A stretch of DNA of 64,000 nt from Octopus sinensis (Eukaryota). The notes under the pieces are model-generated. The model made no database searches, was not told the origin of the DNA, and saw only the letters and a program-made list of their open reading frames with translations. Position numbers and translations under genes: made by a program. The stretch is taken from the NCBI RefSeq assembly GCF_006345805.1, contig NC_043019.1:22319360-22383359 (forward strand), written 5' to 3'. Position 1 is the first letter of the stretch, and every line of letters begins with the position of its first letter. Shown piece after piece: positions 26,001 through 38,400 of this stretch.

Positions 26001-26115
26001 CATTATTATATTATTATTATATTATTATTATATTATTATTATATTATTATTATTATTATTATATTATTATTATTATTATTTATGTGTTTCTATTATTTTT
26101 TTTTTCCTTTTGCAG

Positions 26116-26280
26116 GCCAATATATACCATCGTTAATAAATGCTTTTGAGAAGAAAGCACACAGTCAAATAGCTGACTATGGTAAAGTTAATCCTTTCAG
26201 AGTACAAAACATGCACTTGACATATGATGATGATTATGTGTTTGTTTTTGCCAGTATAATTGATCCGGCTCCCCCAGAGA
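26116..26280 (+). CDS. Host gene exon (1/1), SEA-like/linker domain: GQYIPSLINAFEKKAHSQIADYGKVNPFRVQNMHLTYDDDYVFVFASIIDPAPPE
   Basis: tttccttttgcag acceptor, GTGAGT donor, phase-compatible on both sides. The fold assignment is inference. Confidence 0.82.
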
Positions 26281-26291
26281 GTGAGTATGTC

Positions 26292-26293
26292 CT

Positions 26294-26357
<64 letters not shown>

Positions 26358-26363
26358 CCTGCA

Positions 26364-26394
<31 letters not shown>

Positions 26395-26520
26395 ACTACT
26401 GCTGCTGCTACTACTACTACTACTACTACTACCACGCTACTACTACTACTACTACTACTACTGCCACCACTACTACCACTACTACTTACTACTACTACAA
26501 CAACAACAACAACAACAACA

Positions 26521-26554
<34 letters not shown>

Positions 26555-26608
26555 TTTACTATATACTTACTAACTACTACTACTACCACCACCACCACCA
26601 CCACCACC

Positions 26609-26645
<37 letters not shown>

Positions 26646-26656
26646 TTACTACTACA

Positions 26657-26697
<41 letters not shown>

Positions 26698-26700
26698 ACA
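26292..26700. repeat. (CTA)n/(CTG)n/(CAA)n/(CCA)n compound microsatellite
   Basis: Starts about 11 nt after the donor of exon 26116-26280. Confidence 0.9.
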
Positions 26701-27218
26701 CACACATATACACATGTATGGAAACTTATGTAACAGTATGTGTAAACGCACACACATTATGGTGGTGATGATTATTGTAGTCCCTTGTAGTCCGAGAAAG
26801 ACGGTTCTGCAATATCTTGCTTGGACAACCTGCACAACCTGATTTGCTTTATAGTGATCAAATCTATGTGCTGTACATCAGCTCATTCCCTCTATCAATT
26901 CAATGTTGCATGGTGCAGCATGAAGTAAATCCAATGGCATTTATATTGATACCGTTGATGACATTAGATAGCCGAATACAGAGAACAAGCTTTACACAGC
27001 GTTACTACAAGGTGCATACTCAAGTTTAAGATTATTACTTAAATAAACATTATAGATATGATAAGGTCTGTTAACTGGAAATTGGGGTGGGGTTCTTTAA
27101 TAAATTCAGTCTCACCCATTCTACCTTCCCATATGTTTGTAGTACTTAGACCAATATTCTTTTAGTGTATGGGTCGGTCTTAGAAGCAAATTAAAATTAT
27201 TCTTTCTATATTTTGCAG

Positions 27219-27446
27219 CTTTATTCACACTGCATGAAAATAAAATGATAAAATCTAAAACAAATCGAAATCTAATGTTCAAAAAAATGACATTGAATCT
27301 GTGTGCAGTGAATTGTGTCGAGTATAGTGGCTGTTATGGATTCGAACTAACGGCAGATGGTGTGTGCACTATAACTACTATGGTGTTCTCCGAGCAAAAG
27401 AGTGACAGTCAGTTGCAAGATAGCCAAGGAACCAACTTTTATGCCA
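27219..27446 (+). CDS. Host gene exon (1/1), PAN/Apple domain: TLFTLHENKMIKSKTNRNLMFKKMTLNLCAVNCVEYSGCYGFELTADGVCTITTMVFSEQKSDSQLQDSQGTNFYA
   Basis: ttctttctatattttgcag acceptor, GTAAGT donor. C-x3-C-x5-C-x-G-F...C spacing typical of 4-Cys PAN domains. Symmetric phase-1 exon. Confidence 0.85.
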
Positions 27447-27784
27447 GTAAGTTCTTCTTCTTCTTCTTCTTCTTCTTCTTCTTCTTCTTCTTCTTCTCCT
27501 CCTTCTTCTCTTCTTCTTCTTCTTCTTCTTCTTCTTCTTCTTCTTCTTCTTCTTCTTCTTCTTCTTTCTTCTTCTTCTTCTTCTTCTTGTGAAATTTGAT
27601 TTAATACTAAATTGAATTTTTCCCTGTAAGTTTGGAGTTATACTCCCTATTATTATTATTATTATTATTATTATATTATTATTATTACTATTATATATAT
27701 ATCTGGAGGGTGCACGTGGCCCATTATATATATATAATATATATATATATATATAATAAACACATTATAACCCAAGTTCTATCA

Positions 27785-27981
27785 TTATAAGCATAATTAC
27801 AATTAAGGTTCAGTAAAATTTGCTTCATAACATACCGAAATTTAGAAATAGCAGTAACATACTATTCACACAAATACCATAATATCTTATGGTAGTGGAA
27901 TAGTATTTTAACTGCTATTTCTAAATTTCGGTATGTGGTGAAGCAAATTTTGCTGAACCTTAATTGTAATTATGCTTATAA
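27785..27981. repeat. 71-bp inverted repeat, same family as the 57.2-58.3 kb fold-back
   Basis: Arms 27785-27855 and 27911-27981; the actgctatttctaaattcggt motif is shared with 58259-58332. Confidence 0.8.
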
Positions 27982-28250
27982 TTATAGAATTTTTGTATAA
28001 AGTATAACCGATAATGGTTCTTTTAACATACCGAACTACTTGGTAAAATTATTAATTATTAATTGATTAATTAATTTACCTTTATCATTAATATATATAA
28101 ATAATATATAATATATATTATACTATTCAATATATATATATAATATATATATAATATACATCTATATTATATTATATATATATAATATATATATATACAT
28201 ATTATAATATATATTATATATATATAATATGTATTATATATATATATTAT

Positions 28251-28294
<44 letters not shown>

Positions 28295-28961
28295 GATTAT
28301 TTATTATTTTGCACATTACTTAATCATCATTATATGTTTTATCTTATATTTAATTCTTTCTATAATATGTAATTTTTCTAAATGGTATAATTTAATTTTT
28401 CATTATTGAATTGATAAAAGGTGGTTTTTTTAAAAAATTTATGTATATATATTATATTTTGTGAAATTTGATTTAGTATTTCTAAATTGAATTTTTCCCT
28501 GTAAGTTTGGAATAGTATTCCCTCATAATATTATTATTATTATATATATATAAAATAGGCTTCTTTAAATTTGTTTACTGAAAGTTCTCAATGATTTGGT
28601 TAGCCTGAAGCTATGGGAGAAGACATTTGCCCAAGGTACCATGCATTGAGACTGAACTGGGAACCATATGTTTGAGAAGTGAACCATGATTGTGCCTGTA
28701 AATAAAATGAAATAAAAGTTTTAGAAGAATGAATGGTTGACTGTTTGACTAAAGCCCTTCAGTCTGGTCAGTCACATGACTATAACCAGCCAAAGAAAAT
28801 AATTACAAAATAAAGAATAACAAAATAAACAGACAAAAAATAAAAAAGAATGAAATAAAAAAGAGAGTCACTTGTTCTTTTCCAGGAACCATAATGCACC
28901 ACATAAAATGGGAAAGTAATTCCAATGTATGGAATAAACTATTTTCTAGTGTTTATAACAG

Positions 28962-28994
28962 AATTTGGATTTTTACCTGATTGAACCAACTACC
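28962..28994 (+). CDS. Possible micro-exon (0/0): NLDFYLIEPTT
   Basis: cag acceptor and GTAAGT donor, in phase with exon 29972 but not with the PAN exon (phase 1). Confidence 0.35.
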
Positions 28995-29971
28995 GTAAGT
29001 CTGATTTAGTTTTATTTTTTTGTACCTTGAAATTGCTTTTGCGGTATTGTCGGTTATGTTGTAGCTGTTGTAGTGGTAGTGCGAGTAGTAATGGAAGAAC
29101 TTGTAGTTGTTGCCATATTTGTGGTTTGCTGTTGTTGTTGTTGTTGTTGTTGTTTCCTCCTCTTCCACTTTCTCCTCCCCTCCCTCTCACCTCCTCCCTC
29201 TCACCTCCTCCCTCTCACCTCCTCCCTCTCACCTCCTCCCTCTCACCTCCTCCCTTCACCTCTCCCCTCCCCTCTCCCCCTCCCATATCCTCTCCTCCGC
29301 CCCGCCCAGCCCCTCTCCCCTCTCCCATCTCCTCTCCTCCTCCTTTCCCATCTTCCCATCTCATCCCCATCCCCATCCCACTCCCCTTCCTTCCTCCCCA
29401 CCCCCTCCCCTCTCGCCCCATCCCTCCCTCCCACATCTCCTATCCTCCTCTCCATCCTCCATCTCCTCCCCCCCCTTCCTCCCTCCCCCCTTCTTACCTC
29501 CTCCCCCCCATTGCAATGTGTAATCTGAGAGAGGAATACGTTGAATAAAATCATAATTAACTGATCCTCCTGTATTTTCTTTTATCCAAATCCAGGAACT
29601 TTTCAGTACCCCAACCCCTCATAGATCTTTAAATATGCAAACTTTCATAAAGGAAAAATTTAATTGTCCCCAAATGTGACTGAGAGTGCTGAAGTAGCTA
29701 CATTGCTAGTCTAGTGCTAAATCAACCATAAATTTTTATGGCAAAAATATATACAATGGCAGAGGGTTTTACCCAAACCACTGACTGTTTGAGTAGTCAC
29801 TAAAAATGATGCATATAAAATAGTCAGTGTATATATATATATGTATATATATATATATTGCAGTCTTCAGTCTTCTTATAGCTAGTTTGTGTATATAACT
29901 CTTATTTCTAGCAATGTCAATAATTTCCAATACTTCAACAATATGTTATATATTTTGGGTTTATTTTGTAG

Positions 29972-30017
29972 CAAAAGAAATATGAATACACATCATACCA
30001 CATAGAACTATTAACAG
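29972..30017 (+). CDS. Probable exon (0/1): QKKYEYTSYHIELLT-G
   Basis: tttattttgtag acceptor, strong CAG/GTAAGT donor. Phase-1 end fits exon 33824; the upstream join is unresolved. Confidence 0.6.
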
Positions 30018-30089
30018 GTAAGTTGTATTGATTCATCATAGTATTTTCTATACAAATCAATGTATAAACATATCTTATACTTTACTTAG

Positions 30090-30616
30090 TACCGTAAATC
30101 CTCGAGTATAATCTGCATTTTTTCCCAAAATTTAAAGGTCAAAATCCCTAGTGCGTACTATATACGAGATTAAAAATGAAAAATATTTTCAAAGCAATGT
30201 CCAAGTCTCTATTTGCTGTCCGGCAATGTTTATTCAGGCACATTTTGTGATGTCGGGCGCGAAAATACCTTAAGCAAAGCCTGAAAGCAATGAAGTCATA
30301 AAAGAATCATCCATAACTTACTGCAGTAAGCAACATTTATAAATAAAAAGTATTCAGAACACAGAATAACATGTAACAAAAACAATTTGTGAACATATTT
30401 ACATTCCCATATAACAGTTAAGAACATCACCATTATTGTATTACGCATGCGCGGAAGTGTTTGTTCAACTAGGTGCTGCTGGCTTAATTATGCATGACTC
30501 AAGTTAGAGAAGAGGTGCGTATTATACACAAGGTTTAGGTTTTTCAGAGGTACAGCCTCCTAAAAATCCCCTGTGTATTATACTCAAGGGCGGACTATAC
30601 TTGAGGATTTACAGTA
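30090..30616. mobile_element. Tc1/mariner-superfamily (pogo/Tigger-like) MITE
   Basis: TACCGTAAATCCTCGAGTATA ... TATACTTGAGGATTTACAGTA TIRs with TA ends. Confidence 0.8.
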
Positions 30617-30674
30617 GTTCTCTTTGTCATTATTTCAGCAAGTATAATATGAATTGATGAAGTCATATTGTGAT

Positions 30675-31138
30675 CGTTGACAGAGAGGCTATTCGAGTAT
30701 GATCGTTACCAGAATTGCCTTACTGGCACTTATGCCTGTGCTAGTAGGGTGTCAAGAACACCATCCGAGCGTGATTGTTGTGATCGTTGCCAGAGCAGCC
30801 AACTGGCTTCTGTACCCGTGGCATTTAAAAGGGCACCATTTGAGTGTGATCGTTACCAACATCACTTCACTGGCACCTGTGTCGGTGGCATGTGTAAAAA
30901 GATTTGAGCGAGGTCATTACCAGTCCTGCCTGACTGGCCCCCATGCAGGTGGCACGTAAAAAGCACCCACTACACTCTCGGAGTGGTTGGCATTAGGAAG
31001 GGCGTCCAGCTGTAGAAATTCTGCCAGATCAAGACTGGAGCCTGGTGCAGCCATCTGGTTGCCAGCCCTCAGTCAAAACCGTCCAACCCATGCTAGCATG
31101 GAAAACAGACCTTAAATGATGATGATGATGATGATGAT
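30675..31138 (+). mobile_element. RTE LINE 3'-UTR fragment (diverged subfamily)
   Basis: Family tail plus (GAT)n. Confidence 0.75.
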
Positions 31139-31432
31139 ATTAAAAGCATGTGTAGAATTACCTCCCTCACTTCCCAAAAAATAGAAAATTTAATGTATAA
31201 ATAAATATAGGTTTTGACAAAAATTGAGATATTTTTCTCCTTAGTGTATAATTATTTTCATTAATACTTCATGAAATGGGTAATATTCACTGCTCCCTGA
31301 GAAGGAGTGATGAGAGATAATTTTACATGAATCCTGAAGACAAAGAATTAGGTTGAGATGGGGGTAAAAGATTATTCTAATCTCCAAAAATTACTTGGTA
31401 CTCACTGTAGTTCCATTTCTTTATAATGATTC

Positions 31433-31816
31433 TTTTACTCTTTTACTTGTTTCTGTCATTTGCACCACATTTAGTCGAGCAAATTGACCCCAAGACTTAT
31501 TCTTTGTAAGCCTAGTACTTATTCTATCGGTCTCTTGCCGAACCGCTAAGTTACAGGGATGTAAACACACCAGCATCGGTTGTCAAGTGATGTTGGGGGG
31601 GGTGTACAAACACAGACACACAAACACACACACATATACATATACATATATACGACGGGCTTCTTTCAGTTTCCGTTTACCAAATCTGCTCACAAGGCTT
31701 TGGTCGGCCCGAGGCTATAGTAGAAGACACTTGCCCAAGGTGCCAAGCAGTGGGACTGAACCTGGAACCACGTGGTTAGTAAGCAAGCTACTTACCGCAC
31801 AGCCACTCCTGCGCCT
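31433..31816 (-). mobile_element. SINE family A
   Basis: Sequence match to the family. Confidence 0.88.
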
Positions 31817-32002
31817 ATTTACAAGTATTTGATAATTTCCATAACTTCCTTTCTTTGTGATAGCTGTTTATCAAAATTTGGTACTCTCTTTCTTTATAAT
31901 CTCTATTTGTGAGGTATTTGGTATTCCTTCTGATTGTATGTCTTCATGACAACTATTTGTGAATATCTGATACTCTCTATGGCTTTCTTTCTTTATACTA
32001 TC

Positions 32003-32200
32003 TCTGAGTATTTGGTACTCCTTGTAACTTTCTCTCTGTAATAACTGTTGTCAGTATTTGCTGTCAGTGGCTTCCTTTATAACAGTGGTTCTTAACCATT
32101 TGAGTATTTGGTACTCCTTGTAACTTTCTCTCTGTAATAACTGTTGTCAGTATTTGCTGTCAGTGGCTTCCTTCCTTTATAACAGTGGTTCTTAACCATT
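32003..32200 (+). repeat. About 96-bp direct tandem duplication
   Basis: gagtatttggtactccttgtaac...cagtggttcttaaccatt occurs twice. Confidence 0.85.
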
Positions 32201-32263
32201 TTTTGCCTATGGATCCCTTTAATTACTGTTCTATTCTGGTGGGCCATCATAGCCATTTGATGT

Positions 32264-32490
32264 TTACCCCTTTAGCATTTAAACCGGCCATATCCGGCCA
32301 AAAGTATTCTGCCTGTTTTATGTTCAAACTGGCCAGATCTGGTCTCTCACACCAACCCTACAATATCGTTTTAAAAATTAACAATTACCTCATCAGACTC
32401 AAAGTTACACGATAATGCATGATGAATTCAAAACATGGTGGATGAAAAAGCATTAATTTTGGTAGAATAATGCGAACACTAAAGGGTTAA
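32264..32490. mobile_element. piggyBac-like MITE
   Basis: TTAC-CCCTTTAG ... CTAAAGGG-TTAA; left TTAA target mutated. Confidence 0.6.
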
Positions 32491-32630
32491 AAACTAGTTT
32501 TAAAGAAATTTCTTTCAAAATTCCCATTTTGTTCACCATACATTAACTAGTGTAGTTTGAACTATGCAAAATGTTAGCGAAAGAAATCTGTTTCATGAAA
32601 TAAATAACATCTAAAGCATAATTTTTTTAA

Positions 32631-33823
32631 TGGACCCTAATGTACTTCTATGGGTTCACAATTTACTATTTTGCTTAAATGGATCCCCCAAAATCTTATA
32701 TGGATTCTCAGATGTCATAAGGGCCCTGGTTGGCAACCATTGCTTAATAATAATATTTGTGGGGTATTAGTATTCCAGATGACTTACTTTATAAAGATAT
32801 TCTATATATATATAATATCAGGTGATGTCAGCGACATTGGACCCTAATGTACTTCTATGGGTTCACAATTTACTATTTTGCTTACATGGATCTCCCAAAT
32901 CTTATATGGATTCTCAGGTGTCATAAGGGCCCTGGTTGGGAACCATTGCTTAATAATAACTATTTGTGGGTATTTAGTATTCCAGATGACTTACTTTATA
33001 AAGATATTCTATATATATATAATATCAGGTGATGTCAGCGACATTGGACCCTAATGTACTTCTATGGGTTCACAATTTACTATTTTGCTTACATGGATCT
33101 CCCAAATCTTATATGGATTCTCAGGTGTCATAAGGGCCCTGGTTGGGAACCATTGCTTAATAATAACTATTTGTGGGTATTTAGTATTCCAGATGACTTA
33201 CTTTATAAAGATATTCTATATATATATAATATCAGGTGATGTCAGCGACATTGGACCTAATGTACTTCTATGGGTTCACAATTTACTATTTTGCTTAAAT
33301 GGATCCCCCAAAATCTTATATGGATTCTCAGATGTCATAAGGGCCCTGGTTGGGAACCATTGCTTAATAATAACTATTTGTGGGTATTTAGTATTCCAGA
33401 TGACTTACTTTATAAAGATATTCTATATATATATAATATCAGGTGATGTCAGCGACATTGGACCCTAATGTACTTCTATGGGTTCACAATTTACTATTTT
33501 GCTTAAATGGATCCCCCAAAATCTTATATGGATTCTCAGGTGTCATAAGGGCCCTGGTTGGGAACCATTGCTTAATAATAACTATTTGTGGGTATTTAGT
33601 ATTCCAGATGACTTACTTTATAAAGATATCCTGAGTTCAAATTCCGCCGAGGTCGACTTTGCCTTTCATCCTTTCGGGGTTGATAAATTAAGTACCAGTT
33701 ACGCACTGGGGTTGATGTAATCAACTTAATCCCTTTGTCTGTCCTTGTTTGTCCCCTCTATGTTTAGCCCCTTGTGGGCAGTAAAGAAATATTTATAAAG
33801 ATATTCTATATATATAATATCAG
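32631..33823 (+). repeat. 207-bp tandem repeat (5 units, last interrupted by a SINE) overlapping the acceptor of exon 33824
   Basis: tggaccctaatg at 32631, 32838, 33045, 33252 and 33459. Confidence 0.95.
33630..33791 (+). mobile_element. 5'-truncated SINE family B with 13-bp TSD
   Basis: TSD tttataaagatat at 33617-33629 and 33792-33804. Confidence 0.9.
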
Positions 33824-33921
33824 GTGATGTCAGTGACATTTCCATACCAATATTTGAAGACCAGGTGTATTACCATGAAGAAATAACATTGCCTGTTTAC
33901 GAAGAAACTGCTTATCATGAA
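33824..33921 (+). CDS. Host gene exon (1/0), start of module 3: GDVSDISIPIFEDQVYYHEEITLPVYEETAYHE
   Basis: Found by reading. atatcag acceptor, GTAAGT donor. Positionally equivalent to GRKTESDIPYLPLEYFVTIEFV...SK in module 2. Confidence 0.78.
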
Positions 33922-33943
33922 GTAAGTACAGTGTTTTAGGTAT

Positions 33944-34198
33944 ACTCTCTCTTTACTCTTTTACTTGTTTCAGTCATTTGACTGCGGCCATGCTGGAGCA
34001 CCGCCTTTAGTCGAGCAGATCGACCCCAGGACTTAATCTTCGTAAGTCTAGTACTTATTCTATCGGTTTCTTTTGCTGAACCACTAAGTTACGGAGAAGT
34101 AAACACACCAGCATCGGTTTTCAAGCAATGTTGGGGGACAAACACAGACACACAAACATATACATGCACATACACATATATATATGTATATATATATT

Positions 34199-34231
<33 letters not shown>

Positions 34232-34397
34232 TATATATACGACGAGTTTTTTCAGTTTCTGTCTACCAAATCCACTCACAAGGCTTTGGTCAGCCTGAGG
34301 CTATAGTAGAAGACATTTGCCCAAGGTGCCACGCAGTAGAACTGAACCTGGAACCATGTGGTTCATAAGCAAGCTACTTACTACACAGCCACTCCTA
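33944..34397 (-). mobile_element. SINE family A (about 20 bp after the donor of exon 33824-33921)
   Basis: Sequence match to the family. Confidence 0.88.
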
Positions 34398-34879
34398 CAT
34401 CTTAGCCCGTCCATCCATCCATTCATCCATCCATCCATGCATCCATCAATCCATCCATCATGCAAGCATGCATGCATCCATCATCCATCCACCCATCGAT
34501 CATCCATCCATCCACCCACCCACCCACCCATCCATCCCACCAGCCGGCCAGCCACCCACCCATCCACTCGCCCATCCATCTATCCACCCATTATTATAGT
34601 TCTTAAATTTGATAGGGAAAGGGAGGCTGATTCGCTGGTATAAAGGTAACACAGTCGCATTAACAAAGGGATGTGGGTTCGACTTCTACGCGGATAGGAA
34701 AGCCTTCTTTTTCTGTTGAGGGCTTATACGCCCCTTTATTAGATTATTTTCCTTAGTCATTGCATGGTGATCACCATAAGCTTTAAGCTTATATAAAATT
34801 ACCATTACTATTATTTACAGGATTGTAAAAATGGTGCCAGATAAAAAAACCATTCACAATATATATTTTAAACTATTGA

Positions 34880-35160
34880 TAAAAAGCACCATCCGTTCAT
34901 GGCCGTTGCCAGGCTCGCCTGGCCCCGTGCCGGTGGCACGTAAAAAGCACCATCCGTCCGTGGCCGTTTGCCAGCTCCATCTGACACCTGTGCGGGTGGC
35001 ACGTAAAAAGCACCCACTACACTCACGAAGTGGTTGGCGTTAGGAAGGGCATCCAGCCGTAGAAACACTGCCAGATCAGACTGGGCCTGATGCAGCCTTC
35101 TGGCTTCACAGACCCCAGTTGAACCGTCCAACCCATGCTAGCGTGGAAAGCGGACGCTAA

Positions 35161-35198
<38 letters not shown>
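34880..35198 (+). mobile_element. RTE LINE 3'-UTR fragment
   Basis: Family tail plus (GAT)n, ending about 50 bp before exon 35249. Confidence 0.85.
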
Positions 35199-35199
<1 letters not shown>

Positions 35200-35248
35200 G
35201 ATATTGATGTAAAGTAAAACTGAAAACTTTGTGCATGGATTCTTTCAG

Positions 35249-35360
35249 GTTTGGTACGACAGTCGACGCAATTTGATGCGTATAGATCAGTACATCACCA
35301 CTATACTGCCACCCTTCTATACCCCAGGAATTCTGACAACTATTCATGATTACAATACAG
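35249..35360 (+). CDS. Host gene exon (0/1): VWYDSRRNLMRIDQYITTILPPFYTPGILTTIHDYNT-G
   Basis: ttctttcag acceptor, GTAGAT donor. YD-x4-L-x-R and IHDY-x-TG motifs typical of ependymin-related domains. Confidence 0.9.
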
Positions 35361-35428
35361 GTAGATATCTATTTATAACTGATACTTTATTTTTAGTTTT
35401 TTATTGGTTGGTCAAAAGAAAGAGGTAG

Positions 35429-38400
35429 TGCCTCTGACCATTTTTAGAGCCTCTGACCATTTTTAGAGCCTCTGACCATTTTTAGAGCCTCTGACCATTT
35501 TTAGAGCCTCTGACCATTCTTAGAGCCTCTGACCATTTTTAGAGCCTCTGACCATTTTTAGAGCCTCTGACCATTCTTAGAGCCTCTGACCATTTTTAGA
35601 GCCTCTGACCATTTTTAGAGCCTCTGACCATTTTTAGAGCCTCTGACCATTTTTAGAGCCTCTGACCATTTTTATAGCCTCTGACCATTTTTATAGCCTC
35701 TGACCATTTTTAGAGCCTCTGACCATTTTTAAAGCCTCTGACCATTTTTAGAGCCTCTGACCATTTTTAGAGCACTGACCATTTTTATAGCCTCTGACCA
35801 TTTTTATAGCCTCTGACCATTTTTAGAGCCTCTGACCATTCTTAGAGCCTCTGACCATTTTTAGAGCCTCTGACCATTTTTAGAGCCTCTGACCATTCTT
35901 AGAGCCTCTGACCATTTTTAGAGCCTCTGACCATTTTTAGAGCCTCTGACCATTTTTATAGCCTCTGACCATTTTTATAGCCTCTGACCATTTTTATAGC
36001 CTCTGACCATTTTTATAGCCTCTGACCATTCTTAGAGCCTCTGACCATTTTTATAGCCTCTGACCATTTTTATAGCTTCTGACCATTTTTATAGCCTCTG
36101 ACCATTTTTATAGCCTCTGACCATTTTTAGAGCCTCTGACCATTTTTATAGCCTCTGGACCATTTTTAGAGCCTCTGACCATTTTTAGAGCCTCTGACCA
36201 TTTTTATAGCCTCTGACCATTTTTATAGCCTCTGACCATTTTTAGAGCCTCTGACCATTTTTAGCCTCTGACCATTCTTAGAGCCTCTGACCATTTTAGA
36301 GCCTCTGACCATTTTTAGAGCCTCTGACCATTTTTAGAGCCTCAGACCATTTTTATAAGCTCTGACCATTTTAGAGCCTCTGACCATTTTTATAGCCTCT
36401 GACCATTTTTGAGCCTCCTCTGACCGCCTTTAGACTGACATTTTTAGAGCCTCTGACCATTTTATAGCCTCTGACCATTTTTATAGCCTCTGACCATTTT
36501 AGAGCTCTGACCATTTTTATAGCCTCTGACCATTTTAGAGCCTCTGACCATTTTTAAAGCCTCTGACCATTCTTAGAGCCTCTGACCATTTTTAGAGCCT
36601 CTGACCATTTTTAGAGCCTCTGACCATTCTTATAGCCTCTGACCATTTTTATAGCCTCTGACCATTTTTAGAGCCTCTGACCATTTTTATAGCCTCTGAC
36701 CATTTTTAGAGCCTCTGACCATTTTTATAGCCTCTGACCATTTTTAGAGCCTCTGACCATTTTTATAGCCTCTGACCATTTTTATAGCCTCTGACCATTT
36801 TTATAGCCTCTGACCATTTTTAGAGCCTCTGACCATTTTTATAGCCTCTGACCATTTTTAGAGCCTCTGACCATTTTTATAGCCTCTGACCATTCTTAGA
36901 GCCTCTGACCATTTTTAGAGCCTCTGACCATTTTTAGAGCCTCTGACCATTCTTATAGCCTCTGACCATTTTTATAGCCTCTGACCATTTTTAGAGCCTC
37001 TGACCATTTTTATAGCCTCTGACCATTCTTAGAGCCTCTGACCATTTTTAGAGCCTCTGACCATTCTTCGAGCCTCTGACCATTTTTAAAGCCTCTGACC
37101 ATTTTTAGAGCCTCTGACCATTTTTATAGCCTCTGACCATTTTTATAGCCTCTGACCATTTTTAGAGCCTCTGACCATTTTTATAGCCTCTGACCATTCT
37201 TAGAGCCTCTGACCATTTTTATAGCCTCTGACCATTTTTAGAGCCTCTGACCATTTTTAGAGCCTCTGACCATTTTTATAGCCTCTGACCATTTTTATAG
37301 CCTCTGACCATTTTTATAGCCTCTGACCATTTTTAGAGCCTCTGACCATTTTTATAGCCTCTGACCATTTTAGAGCCTCTGACCATTCTTAGAGCCTCTG
37401 ACCATTTTTATAGCCTCTGACCATTTTTATAGCCTCTGACCATTTTTATAGCTGACCATTTTAGAGCCTCTGACCATTCTTAGAGCCTGACCATTTTATA
37501 GCCTCTGACCATTTTTAGAGCCTCTGACCATTCTTAGAGCCTCTGACCATTTTAAAGCCTCTGACCATTTTTATAGCCTCTGACCATTTTTATAGCCTCT
37601 GACCATTTTTAAAGCCTCTGACCATTTTATAGCCTCTGACCATTTTTTCTTACCTTTTTATAGCCTCTGACCATTCTAGAGCCTCTGACCATTTTTTAGA
37701 GCCTCTGACCATTTTAGAGCCTCTGACCATTTTATAGCCTCTGACCATTTTTTAGCCTCTGACCATTTTAGAGCCTCTGACAATTTTATAGCTCTGACCA
37801 TTCTTAGAGCCTCTGACCATTTTAGAGCCTCTGACCATTCTTCGAGCCTCTGACCATTTTAAAGCCTCTGACCATTTTTAGAGCCTCTGACCATTTTTAG
37901 AGCCTCTGACCATTTTTATAGCCTCTGACCATTTTTAGAGCCTCTGACCATTTTTTATAGCCTCTGACCATTCTTAGAGCCTCTGACCATTTTTATAGCT
38001 CTGACCATTTTAGAGGCCTCTGACCATTTTTAGAGCCTCTGACCATTTTTATAGCCTCTGACCATTTTTATAGCCTCTGACAATTTTATAGCCTCTGACC
38101 ATTTTTAGAGCCTCTGACCATTTTTATAGCCTCGACCATTTTTAGAGCCTCTGACCATTTTTATAGCCTCTGACCATTCTTAGAGCCTCTGACCATTTTT
38201 AGAGCCTCTTGACCATTTTCAGAGCTCTGACCATTCTTATAGCCTCTGACCTTTTTATAGCCTCTGACATTTTTAGAGCCTCTGACCATTTTATAGCCTC
38301 TGACCATTCTTAGAGCCTCTGACCATTTTTAGAGCCTCTGACCACTTTTAGATCGACCAAGCCCTGGACCATTTTTAATGCCTCTGACCATTTTTAGAGC

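Noticed and set aside
29590-29630. ccag acceptor-like site after a pyrimidine tract
   Set aside because: Part of a mariner-MITE end (ggaacttttcag) with an early stop.
32631-33630. Hammerhead motif in the 207-bp repeat
   Set aside because: Only CAGATGA is present, with no GAAA/NUH partner in suitable geometry.
34821-34880. Possible exon after ttatttacag
   Set aside because: The required phase 0 hits TAA after 7 codons, and exon 33921 joins 35249 cleanly.
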